Assembly: GCA_004376375.1 (NCBI GenBank) | Contig: SOJX01000087.1 | Location: 81,238 to 145,237, forward strand | Direction of reading: 5' to 3' | Source of the DNA: Planctomycetota bacterium | GTDB taxonomy: Bacteria; Planctomycetota; E44-bin39 | DNA length: 64,000 nt | Shown: positions 28,697 to 37,669 of the stretch, in pieces | Layout: every line of letters starts with the position of its first letter | How positions within the stretch are numbered: the stretch's first letter is position 1 | Notes under the pieces: generated by a model | Database searches by the model: none | What the model saw: only the letters and a program-made list of their open reading frames with translations | What the model was told of the DNA's origin: nothing | Made by a program: the position numbers and the translations under genes

Positions 28697-30979
28697 ATGC
28701 CGGATAAAAAGAAAAAGTATGAGCTCAATTCCGTTGCTGTGATAGGCAACTACCTGCCGCGGCTGTGCGGCATCGCCACTTTTACAACCGACCTCTGCAA
28801 CGCGCTGAGCGAGAAGCTCGGGGACCAGGGTGATGTCCTTGCACTCGCAATGGATGATATCCCCGGCGGATATTCCTACCCCGAGCGCGTCAAGTTCGAG
28901 CTCCGCGCGAACGTCCAATCCGACTACCTCCGCGCCGCGGACTTTATCAACGTCTACCAGTTTGATGTCGTAATCCTTCAGCACGAGTTCGGCATCTTCG
29001 GCGGTAAGCAGGGCGCCCACATTCTCCACCTCCTGAAACACCTCAGGATGCCGATTCTGACGACGCTTCACACGGTGCTTACGGAGCCGTCGGACGAACA
29101 GCGCGTGATTATTCACGAGTTGGCAAAATATTCCGAACGGTTCGTCGTCATGAGCAACAAGGCCCACGACATCCTGCTTGATACGTTTGCGGTACCCGAG
29201 TCGCAGATCCAGCTCATCCCGCACGGCATCCCGGACGTCGCCTTCGTCGACCCGAGCTTCCACAAGGACCAGTTCGGCGTGGAGGACCGCAAGGTCATCC
29301 TTTCCTTCGGCCTCCTCAGCCCCGGCAAGGGCATCGAACACATGATCGACGCGATGCCTGAGATTCTGGCAAAGCACCCAGATGCGGTCTACATTATACT
29401 CGGCGCCACCCACCCTCACGTTAAGATGGCGACCGGCGACGCTTACCGCCACGGTCTCCTGCAGAGAGTAAGCAAGCTTGGCCTCGAGGACCACGTGCTT
29501 TTCCACAACCACTTTGTCAGCCTCGAGGTGCTCGTCCAGTACATCGGTGCAGCGGATATCTACGTTACACCATATATCTCACCGGCGCAGGTAACATCCG
29601 GAACGCTGGCCTACGCTATCGGCTCGGGGAAGGCGGTTGTATCAACACCATACTGGTATGCCGAAGAACTTCTGGCTGAAGAGCGCGGTCGGTTGGTGCC
29701 CTTTGGCGATCCAGGCGCCATGGCCCGGGAGATAAGCGAACTGCTCGAAAACGACCTTGAACGCAACGCCATGCGCAAGCGGGCTTACCAGTCCACCCGG
29801 CCGATGGTGTGGAAGGAAGTGGCGCGACAGTACCTCGAACTTGCGGTCAGCGCCCTCGAGCGCTGCGTCAGTTCGCCGAAACCCGCGCACGGCGAGGCCA
29901 GGACCCCGAAGATTCTCGACGAGCTGCCGGAAGTTAACCTTGCACACCTCCGATCCCTCACCGACGACACCGGCATCCTCCAGCACGCCAACTACTCCAC
30001 GCCCAACCGCTACCACGGTTACTGTGTAGACGACAACGCCCGGGCCCTTATCGCAACCAGTATGTACTACTCCATGCGCAAGGACGAGAGCGTCATTCCA
30101 CTCATCCACAAGTACCTCGCGTTCCTCTTCCATGCATTTAACCTCAAGACCGAGAGGTTCCGCAACTTCATGTCATACGAGCGGACCTGGCTCGAAGAAA
30201 TTGGAAGCGAGGACTCGCATGCCCGCGCCATCTGGAGCCTTGGTGTCGGGGTGAAGCACGCGCCGAATGACGCCATCCGCGATATGGCGACCCGGCTTTT
30301 CCTCGAGGGGCTCCGCAAGGTCGAGCCCTTCTCATCTCCGCGGGCATGGGCCTTCATTCTGGTCGGCTTACACGCATACCTCGACGTATACGGCGGCGAT
30401 GCCACCGTCCGTCGGCTGCGCAGCGTCCTGGCCGAAAAGCTGCATAAGGCCTTCATCAGGAACGCGGATAATGACTGGCCCTGGTGCGAGGAGACCGTGA
30501 CTTACGCCAATGCGAAGCTGCCCCATGCACTTATCCTCTCCGGCCAGTGGATTCCGGACGCAAAGATGCATGAGACCGGCCTCAAGCTCCTCGAATGGCT
30601 TCTTGAACAACAGACCGTGCCGGACGGCCATCTCTCGGTCATTGGAAACTCGGGCTGGTTTACCCGCGGCGGTATCCGATCCAATTTCGACCAGCAGCCC
30701 ATTGATATCATGGCGCTCGTGGAGGCGTGCACTGAGGCCTTCCGCTCCACCGGCGATAGGAAGTGGCTCGGGGAGTCGCGGCGGGGCCTGGCATGGTTCC
30801 TCGGCAGAAACGATCTCCATGCCGTGATTTATGACTTCAAGACCGGAGGCTGCCGCGACGGCCTGCAACCCCACGGCCCAAATGCCAACCAGGGTGCGGA
30901 GTCTACTCTTGCCTGGCTTATCTCCCTTCTGACCATGTTTGAAATTCTGGGGCAGGAAGTGCTGGTGGTCAAGGGATAA
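28697..30979 (+). CDS. GT4 glycosyltransferase fused to a C-terminal (alpha/alpha)6-barrel glycoside-hydrolase-like domain
   Basis: N-terminal GT4 ('FGLLSPGKGIE...VSTPYWYAEE'). The C-terminal 350 aa ('YCVDDNARALIA...') resemble GH63/debranching-enzyme-like barrels. Confidence 0.55.
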   Translation: MPDKKKKYELNSVAVIGNYLPRLCGIATFTTDLCNALSEKLGDQGDVLALAMDDIPGGYSYPERVKFELRANVQSDYLRAADFINVYQFDVVILQHEFGIFGGKQGAHILHLLKHLRMPILTTLHTVLTEPSDEQRVIIHELAKYSERFVVMSNKAHDILLDTFAVPESQIQLIPHGIPDVAFVDPSFHKDQFGVEDRKVILSFGLLSPGKGIEHMIDAMPEILAKHPDAVYIILGATHPHVKMATGDAYRHGLLQRVSKLGLEDHVLFHNHFVSLEVLVQYIGAADIYVTPYISPAQVTSGTLAYAIGSGKAVVSTPYWYAEELLAEERGRLVPFGDPGAMAREISELLENDLERNAMRKRAYQSTRPMVWKEVARQYLELAVSALERCVSSPKPAHGEARTPKILDELPEVNLAHLRSLTDDTGILQHANYSTPNRYHGYCVDDNARALIATSMYYSMRKDESVIPLIHKYLAFLFHAFNLKTERFRNFMSYERTWLEEIGSEDSHARAIWSLGVGVKHAPNDAIRDMATRLFLEGLRKVEPFSSPRAWAFILVGLHAYLDVYGGDATVRRLRSVLAEKLHKAFIRNADNDWPWCEETVTYANAKLPHALILSGQWIPDAKMHETGLKLLEWLLEQQTVPDGHLSVIGNSGWFTRGGIRSNFDQQPIDIMALVEACTEAFRSTGDRKWLGESRRGLAWFLGRNDLHAVIYDFKTGGCRDGLQPHGPNANQGAESTLAWLISLLTMFEILGQEVLVVKG

Positions 30980-31008
30980 AATCCCCGCCTGCGGTATTTT
31001 ATTTGGGC

Positions 31009-31090
31009 AGAGCAGGAGAACAGTAGAGAGGAGAAAGTAGAGCAAAGAAAAAGACATTAAAAGGAGAACGGTATCCGAATCGGCAATAAC
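31009..31090 (+). repeat. approximately 82-bp direct repeat, copy 2, extended into a long imperfect palindrome (to about 31140) downstream of the GT cluster
   Basis: Same sequence as 23948..24030. Followed by 'ccgttctcctgcggtctcctttctactctctactttc', which folds back on the repeat. Confidence 0.65.
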
Positions 31091-31226
31091 CCGTTCTCCT
31101 GCGGTCTCCTTTCTACTCTCTACTTTCAGAACTTGCGGCGCCGGACGGCGCCCCAAGTTTTTTTAATTCCTGCCCCTCCCCGACGCGACTGATTCAGGAA
31201 ACGAGTCAGGCCCCGGGGCCTGGGGA

Positions 31227-32774
31227 TTACTTCTTTTCGTTGTTTTTCTGCTGCTTCAGGTAGTTTCCCATAAGCGCGTCGAGCAGGGAGCCCTGGCTGC
31301 CTGAGACGGAGACGTCGGGAACCACCTTGATGTTGCCGGCGGCAATTTCTTTGAGGAACTCGAGCAGCGCTATGTTTTCCTTTCCGAGTTCCTTTGCCAG
31401 TTTCCCGTAAGCCACCGCCTCGGCGTCGCCGAGGAGCTCAACTTTTTTCGCCTCCGCCTGGGCGGTGCGCTCGATTGCGCGTGCTTCGCCATCGGCCTTT
31501 TTCTCCGCGGCGTCCGCCTCCTGCTCGGCAATAATTATCTTCTGCTCGGCAATGACTACCTTTCTCTCTTCTTCCGCCTCCTGTTCCGTGCGGTTGAGGA
31601 CCTTCTTTTCTTTGGCAGCTTCCTGCTGGCGTATGTATGTAGTCTTATTCTGGTCCGCAATTTCACGGTCCGTCTGGGTCTTCAGGAGAGCCGCGAGTTG
31701 CGGGTCCTTGCTGAAATCTATATCGCGGATGTAAACCTCGTGGATTTCGACCTTGTGCTGCTTGAGCCTCGCCGACAGATTTTGCAGGACGAGTTTTTCC
31801 TGCTGCTCGCGCTGGAGGATGAAATTGAGCATCGGCACTTTGCCTGCCGCGTTGCGGAATTCGGCCCGGATAGTCGGCCTCACGAGGCTCTTCTCGAGGC
31901 CTTTGTTGTCGACGAAGCGGGCAACTATCTCGGGGGCGTTCTCTTCCAGTACCTGGTAGATGATATCCACGTCAATCGGGGCCTCGAACCCGTCCTGGCT
32001 GCGGACGGTTATCTGACCGTAACCGGATTCCCCCTTGATCAGGGGGTTGAAACTCAGCGTCTCTTTCTGGACGCTTATCCGGTTGACTTCATACGCGTCG
32101 GTGTTGAGATAGTACATACCGCGGGAAAGGGGTATTAAAACTATTCCCCGGTAGGTGCGGTCCGGCACGGTGAGCGCTCCCGTTTCAGGTTCTTTGCCGA
32201 CGTTTGATTTTATAACCCCGACCTTTCCGACTTCGATGTTCACGGCAGGCATAATCTTGACCCGGAAGTGCTCGGTGTTCAAGCGGTACGCGCCCGGCGG
32301 CAGGACAGACGTCTGGGGTCCCTTATAACCCTTCCCGTCCGTAAGGAAATACTGCGAGTCAAGCATCTTGCCGAATTCTTTTTCCGGCCATTCCGGCGCG
32401 AAGGTCTGACCCGGCGGCAACGGCTTGCCGTCAACAGCGGTAAGTATGCCGACAAACCCTTCCTTTATCTCGGTGACGGGCGCTTTTTTAATGTCGTACT
32501 TCCACGGCCAGTAGAAGAAATGGTAGCCGGGCCCGAGTGTCCACGCCTGCGGGCCTTTTTCGTTATCTGTCGCGATTACCGTCCCCGCGGGCAGGTTCGC
32601 GCCGAGCGTTACCGAGACCAGGCCCACATCCTTCTCCCCCACGCTCGTAACAGTGAAAAGAATAACAATGACAATAAGAACAATGAAAACAACCAGGCCT
32701 GCGGCAGTCAGAGAAATCATCTTCGTGCCGCTGCTCATTCTCTTGTAGAAGTCAACAACTTTGTGCTCTGCCAT
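31227..32774 (-). CDS. flotillin-like SPFH/band-7 domain protein
   Basis: N-terminal TM, SPFH region, C-terminal Ala/Glu-rich coiled coil ('EQEAEEERKVVIAEQKIIIAEQEADAAEKKADGEARAIE'). Confidence 0.65.
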   Translation of the reverse strand: MAEHKVVDFYKRMSSGTKMISLTAAGLVVFIVLIVIVILFTVTSVGEKDVGLVSVTLGANLPAGTVIATDNEKGPQAWTLGPGYHFFYWPWKYDIKKAPVTEIKEGFVGILTAVDGKPLPPGQTFAPEWPEKEFGKMLDSQYFLTDGKGYKGPQTSVLPPGAYRLNTEHFRVKIMPAVNIEVGKVGVIKSNVGKEPETGALTVPDRTYRGIVLIPLSRGMYYLNTDAYEVNRISVQKETLSFNPLIKGESGYGQITVRSQDGFEAPIDVDIIYQVLEENAPEIVARFVDNKGLEKSLVRPTIRAEFRNAAGKVPMLNFILQREQQEKLVLQNLSARLKQHKVEIHEVYIRDIDFSKDPQLAALLKTQTDREIADQNKTTYIRQQEAAKEKKVLNRTEQEAEEERKVVIAEQKIIIAEQEADAAEKKADGEARAIERTAQAEAKKVELLGDAEAVAYGKLAKELGKENIALLEFLKEIAAGNIKVVPDVSVSGSQGSLLDALMGNYLKQQKNNEKK

Positions 32775-33047
32775 ATCGCCTCCCTATATTCTCCTGTACC
32801 CAGACACACATTACCCGACTTGCAGGTTTCAATTCCGAAGCATCGTAATGACCCGCACCAGCGGCGCAATCAGCTTCACCACATCCTCGACAGGGTCCTT
32901 CCGTCATCCGGTGTTAGTATTTGCATCCAAGACCTTTTCATGATACTATTATTTCCGGCTGACTTCTACAATTTCTTTTTATAATAATACCAAGGCTGCT
33001 ACAGGCGCAAGCAGTAGCTAAATAACGATAATATTCTTGGAATAACC

Positions 33048-33743
33048 ATGCCCTACCAGAGAAGGCGTCGGCCGGTAAGCAGGCAACGAAGGCCGCGCGA
33101 ATATTATCCTGCGAAGAAAGACAACAGGCTGGTGCTTGCAATCATCGGAGGCGTTATTGTCATCTTCGCGGTGGCTGCATATGTCGGATTCTCTACTCAT
33201 GGCAGCCGGGATGATGAAGACGACGGCTCGCTGGCGGGAAACCTCTGCCTTCTGAAGGGAGCTGAAAAACTTGAGAAAGGCGATCTGGAAGGCGCGCTCC
33301 AGAGTTTCAACTCGGCTATTGCACTCGACCCGGACATTGCCCGGAACTACGCAATGCGGGGGCTGGTCAAGCTGCAGCTTGATGACACGTTCGGCGCCCT
33401 CAGGGACTTCAACACGGCCATCGAGCTGAATCCCGACGAGGGATTGGCATACGCCGGGCGGGGAAGCATAAGGATCGGCCTGGGCCAGCTCGATAATGCA
33501 ATCGAAGATTTCAGTAAGGCGATCGAGGTCGACCCGAAAGACGAGATATCCTATTGCGGCCGGGGAGCTGCGAAGCTGCAGATGGGCGACTGCGACGGCG
33601 CGATCGCCGACCTGAGCAAAGCGATCGAAATCGATCCCGAATACGCCGATGCCTACCAGGAACGAGGGGCCGCCAGGCTGGAGAACGGGAACCAGGAGGG
33701 CGCAGACGCGGATTTCAAAAAAGCAGAAGAACTTGACCAGTAA
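33048..33743 (+). CDS. TPR-repeat protein with N-terminal membrane anchor
   Basis: Five 34-aa repeats of the type 'AxxxfnxAIelDPdxaxAYxxRG'. Confidence 0.7.
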   Translation: MPYQRRRRPVSRQRRPREYYPAKKDNRLVLAIIGGVIVIFAVAAYVGFSTHGSRDDEDDGSLAGNLCLLKGAEKLEKGDLEGALQSFNSAIALDPDIARNYAMRGLVKLQLDDTFGALRDFNTAIELNPDEGLAYAGRGSIRIGLGQLDNAIEDFSKAIEVDPKDEISYCGRGAAKLQMGDCDGAIADLSKAIEIDPEYADAYQERGAARLENGNQEGADADFKKAEELDQ

Positions 33744-33901
33744 AAAAACAGCCCGGTGGCAATCCCGAAAGATTCATATCACCCCCAAAACCGTCATCAT
33801 GATATCAGCCAGTTGACTGCAATTTTTGGATGCACTCTCCGTTTCCACCCGCGCTGGAAATTGGTTGAAAACCCGACACAATAAGAGTAGTTTCGTCGAT
33901 T

Positions 33902-34930
33902 ATGGCTAAGGCAATTCTGCTACTATCAGGAGGCCTTGACAGCACGCTTGCGGGCAAACTGCTGCTGGAGCTCGGCTTCGAAGTTGAAGCCGTGAACTTC
34001 GTTTCCCAGTTCTGCCGCTGCACGCCGAAATCATTCAGTTGCTCCGCCGCGCAAACGGCCGCAAAACAACTCGACATTCCGCTGAAGGTGTTTGCCAAGG
34101 GCGAAGATTATTTTGAACTGGTCAAGAAACCCCGCTTCGGCCGGGGCCGCGGCGTGAATCCCTGCATCGACTGCCGGATTTACACCTTCAGGCGTGCCGG
34201 CGAATACATGAGGGAAATCGGCGCCGACTTTATTGCTACGGGAGAAGTCCTCGGCCAGCGGCCCATGTCCCAGAGAAAACATACGATGATGCTTATTGAA
34301 AAAGAATCCGGACTTGAAGGATTCATTGTCCGCCCGCTCTGTGCACATCTTCTGCCGCCTTCAATCCCGGAGCAGAAAGGCGTTATTGACCGGGACAAGC
34401 TTAAATCCATTCAGGGACGTAACCGCCGGCCGCAGTTCAGGCTGGCCGAGGAGCTTGGGTTAAAAGATTATCTGTGCCCCAGCGGCGGTTGCCAGCTTAC
34501 TGATGTCGAGTTCGCCGCGCGCTTCAAAGACATGCTCGAGTACGAGCCGGACGCTGATTTGAATTCCGCCCGGCTCCTGAGCTATGGCAGGCACTTTCGC
34601 CTGCCGGGCGGAGCGAAAATCGTCGTCGGGCGGAACGAACCTGAAAACCTTGAAATCGAGCGCCTTGTCAACGACGACGACGTACTTCTCGAGCCGATAG
34701 ATATACCGGGGCCTTCCGTTCTTTGCAGGGGCGCAAAATCCCCTGAGAGTTTAAAAACCGCAGCCGCCCTGCTGGTTTCGTACACAAAAAGCAATACGGC
34801 TGACGTCGAAGTGACAAAAGGCCCGAACTCAATCCAGAATACTGTTATAAAAAATGTTGCCCCGCCAGATAAAACCCGGATCGAAGAATGGCGAGTCATC
34901 GCCGGGCGCACAAAGTCGAAAAACAAATAA
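33902..34930 (+). CDS. PP-loop ATP pyrophosphatase, ThiI-like tRNA sulfurtransferase-type core without THUMP domain
   Basis: 'LLLSGGLDS' PP-loop. 'ATGEVLGQRPMSQ' ThiI-like block. 'NPCIDCR'. Confidence 0.5.
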   Translation: MAKAILLLSGGLDSTLAGKLLLELGFEVEAVNFVSQFCRCTPKSFSCSAAQTAAKQLDIPLKVFAKGEDYFELVKKPRFGRGRGVNPCIDCRIYTFRRAGEYMREIGADFIATGEVLGQRPMSQRKHTMMLIEKESGLEGFIVRPLCAHLLPPSIPEQKGVIDRDKLKSIQGRNRRPQFRLAEELGLKDYLCPSGGCQLTDVEFAARFKDMLEYEPDADLNSARLLSYGRHFRLPGGAKIVVGRNEPENLEIERLVNDDDVLLEPIDIPGPSVLCRGAKSPESLKTAAALLVSYTKSNTADVEVTKGPNSIQNTVIKNVAPPDKTRIEEWRVIAGRTKSKNK

Positions 34931-34968
34931 ATGTAACTTTCGCAGTGCGAAACTCACCGGAGGTAAAC

Positions 34969-35211
34969 ATGAAGGTAATGCGGCTGGACAACGGTAAATT
35001 CCAGGTTGAATTCGAGACGCCGTTCATACACGGCGACCTCGTCGAATACGAATCCGAAATGAACGGGAGCGGTCGCGGCGCCATCGGCGATATCAACGTC
35101 CTCGAGGACGGCGAGCTGCTATTTACGATTATCGGTGAAGACGAAGCGTGGCAGCCGGGAATTCTCGAAGAGGAAATCAAACTCATCAAAAGGGCAAGCC
35201 AGTTCGAGTAA
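34969..35211 (+). CDS. small hypothetical protein
   Basis: ORF just downstream of the PP-loop gene. No motif recognised. Confidence 0.25.
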   Translation: MKVMRLDNGKFQVEFETPFIHGDLVEYESEMNGSGRGAIGDINVLEDGELLFTIIGEDEAWQPGILEEEIKLIKRASQFE

Positions 35212-35225
35212 TAACAGAATATGCA

Positions 35226-35261
35226 GGGGCACAAAACACGCGCGCGCTGTGCCCCTACAAT
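35226..35261. repeat. REP-like palindromic element (GGGGCA...TGCCCCTACAAT family), short copy
   Basis: 'ggggcacaaaacacgcgcgcgctgtgcccctacaat' shares the 'TGCCCCTACAAT' core with copies at 40201, 50199 and 50428. Confidence 0.45.
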
Positions 35262-35278
35262 AAGTTACATTTCAATTC

Positions 35279-37018
35279 TCACTTCCAATCCATATACGTA
35301 ACCCGCGTCATGTCGGGGATCAGGCGGACGGGCTCGCCGCCGCCGGGCGGGATGCGGAGGATTTCCGTGTAATCGAGGCCCCACCCCCGCAGGAATACAC
35401 AACCGTTTTCCGCGCTCCGCTCGCCGACCGGTAGCCACTCGGCGCTGATGCACGGGTGCGCGAGGTTGAGGCGCTTCACTTCCGAGCCGTCGGGCCGCAC
35501 GCCCCAGATTTCCCAGTTCGTTTCGCACCACAGCGAGTTATCCGGACCCCACAGCAGCGCCACCGAGTCGGTCCAGAACCCGGGGCCGATGTAACGCTCG
35601 AAAAGAATCCACTCACCGTCAGCCGTGTATACGCCGTCGTGGTCGGAATAAATGTTATCGGTGAGCCGCACGACGTTTTTCCCGCCCGGCCAGGTCGAGG
35701 AGTCGCCGTCCGAATCCATAAGCGCCAACTGCTCAACCCCGGTCCACCGCTTACTCTTGAAAATGATTTTTGTCCCGTCGGGCGACCAGTCGGAATCGTT
35801 TTCATCCGTGAGGGTATCCGTCAACCTTCTTAGGTCCATACCGTTGCCGGGATCCATGACGAAGATATCGGCCGCGTCCGGGTTGGTGAATTTTGAGTAC
35901 GAAATCTCGGAATCGTCCGGCGACCACGCCGGGTGCCCGTCCAGCACGCCGGCGCTGTTGGTCAGCTTCGTAAGCAGCGCCCCGTCCGTACGTATCTTAT
36001 AAATTTCGTAGTTGCCGAAATCGTCCCATGTCGGCGCGCCGTGGAAAGCAACCCACTGCCCGTCGTTGGAGATCGAGACGCCGTCCTTGTAAATATCGTG
36101 CGCCGGTATCGTGTTCCCATCGGTGACCCGTATAAGCGAATCACAGTCGAAGTCGTAAACGTAGATGTCTCCCTTTTCAAAGTCACGCTGCGAGATAAAG
36201 GCCAGCCTGCCGGTAAACGCGGGCAGGCTCGGCGGCGTGGAGGGAGTCGCGGCAACGGTCACAAGCGTTCCGATAATATTAGGCAACTCATGGAAAAGGG
36301 CGGTCTGCCCCCGTATTGTAGCCATTCCCGGGTCAAAACCGTCATACATGGTGATTTGAACGCCGATCGCATCGCCGGGCGTAATCGCGATATCGTTCGG
36401 ATCGCCCGAGTTAAGCGGAATCTTCATCTCGACATGAAACCGCTTTTCGGAAGCGTGGTAGCGCATCCGCCCGTTACCGTCAAAGCGGCTGTCCGTATCG
36501 GAACCGTTATCGCCGTACTTGTCGAAAAACCCGCCTGCCCATATTGCAACAAAACCCTTGCGGTCCTCGCCCGGGTCGATCGTGCCGGAATTGTCCTCGT
36601 CAAACGCGATGCCGAAGATATCGATCACCGCGGGGTTATTGCTGCAATCGAGCTCCGCGTCCCAGATATCGTCCTCGTAGCGAAACGCCATGTAAAGGTT
36701 GTCGCCGTCGTTCTTGACAAGGACAAGCGCTTTCGTGGTGTTTCCGGTCTCCACAAAACCCGCATCAACCCACGGGAGCGTTGCCTTGTAGGCGTTCGCG
36801 TCGAGCCATTCCGCCTCGTTGATATCACCGTCGATGGTCGGAACCGTTTTCGACAGACCGCATTTAAGTTCGCCGCTGAGCGTATAAGGCATATAAATGG
36901 AGCCGACTTTCGGGAAAAAGGTTCTTCTCTTCTTGTCCCCGCACCCGCCTGCAAGATTCAGTGCCAGGACGAAAACCGTTACGGCGATCATGAGCTTTAC
37001 AGCTGTACTGCGTTTCAT
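35279..37018 (-). CDS. secreted lipoprotein with CBM9/DOMON-like N-domain and TolB-like (PD40) beta-propeller
   Basis: 'MKRSTAVKLMIAVTVFVLALNLAGGC' lipobox. PD40-like 'HPAWSPDDSEISYS' and 'DSDWSPDGTKIIF'. Confidence 0.55.
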   Translation of the reverse strand: MKRSTAVKLMIAVTVFVLALNLAGGCGDKKRRTFFPKVGSIYMPYTLSGELKCGLSKTVPTIDGDINEAEWLDANAYKATLPWVDAGFVETGNTTKALVLVKNDGDNLYMAFRYEDDIWDAELDCSNNPAVIDIFGIAFDEDNSGTIDPGEDRKGFVAIWAGGFFDKYGDNGSDTDSRFDGNGRMRYHASEKRFHVEMKIPLNSGDPNDIAITPGDAIGVQITMYDGFDPGMATIRGQTALFHELPNIIGTLVTVAATPSTPPSLPAFTGRLAFISQRDFEKGDIYVYDFDCDSLIRVTDGNTIPAHDIYKDGVSISNDGQWVAFHGAPTWDDFGNYEIYKIRTDGALLTKLTNSAGVLDGHPAWSPDDSEISYSKFTNPDAADIFVMDPGNGMDLRRLTDTLTDENDSDWSPDGTKIIFKSKRWTGVEQLALMDSDGDSSTWPGGKNVVRLTDNIYSDHDGVYTADGEWILFERYIGPGFWTDSVALLWGPDNSLWCETNWEIWGVRPDGSEVKRLNLAHPCISAEWLPVGERSAENGCVFLRGWGLDYTEILRIPPGGGEPVRLIPDMTRVTYMDWK

Positions 37019-37155
37019 TTCCTTCTCCTTGAGAAATGTGAAAACAGTGGAGCTATTATGATGAATGCCGGGGTGTTTTTCAACCATATATCATCACGAC
37101 ACGCAGCTACAAAAAGATTGACGCCTGCCTTGTGGAATGTGTAAAGTAACAATGT

Positions 37156-37593
37156 ATGATGATGTTACTGCCGCTTGCAGATGCATCCAACGCCGACCCG
37201 GGACTCCTGTTCCTTACTGTGCTGCTTTTTACGAGCACCGGCGGATGCATTGCCGGCTGTTGGGTAGTCGATCGGTTTATCGGAAAATTCTATTCCAAAG
37301 ACGCCTACGACCGCTCATCTCCCATTATCCTGGCGATTGTCATCTGTATTACTCTGGCATTTGTCTACGGAGTTTTTACGGGTTTTTTCCTGCGCGGTAC
37401 GGGTTTGGAAATACTTGCAAAATTTGTTTCCGTTTACGTAGCCAGCATAGCAGCGGTCGCGGCGGCAATCTGGTACGGAACCCACAAAAGCGAACCCACG
37501 AATTTCCTGAAACTGTTGATTGTCAGCACTCTGGCAACCGTCATTTTCCTGGTTTTTATCGTCTTCCCGCTTTTACTTGTCGTTGCATTTTGA
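37156..37593 (+). CDS. small integral membrane protein, hypothetical
   Basis: Four hydrophobic segments. Alternative to the upstream part of the overlapping long ORF. Confidence 0.35.
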   Translation: MMMLLPLADASNADPGLLFLTVLLFTSTGGCIAGCWVVDRFIGKFYSKDAYDRSSPIILAIVICITLAFVYGVFTGFFLRGTGLEILAKFVSVYVASIAAVAAAIWYGTHKSEPTNFLKLLIVSTLATVIFLVFIVFPLLLVVAF

Positions 37594-37669
37594 AGTCTGC
37601 TATAGCAAGCCTGTGAACCCCAACCTTCTCTTCATTGACCGCTGCATCCCGCCCGGTTATAATGCAAGA

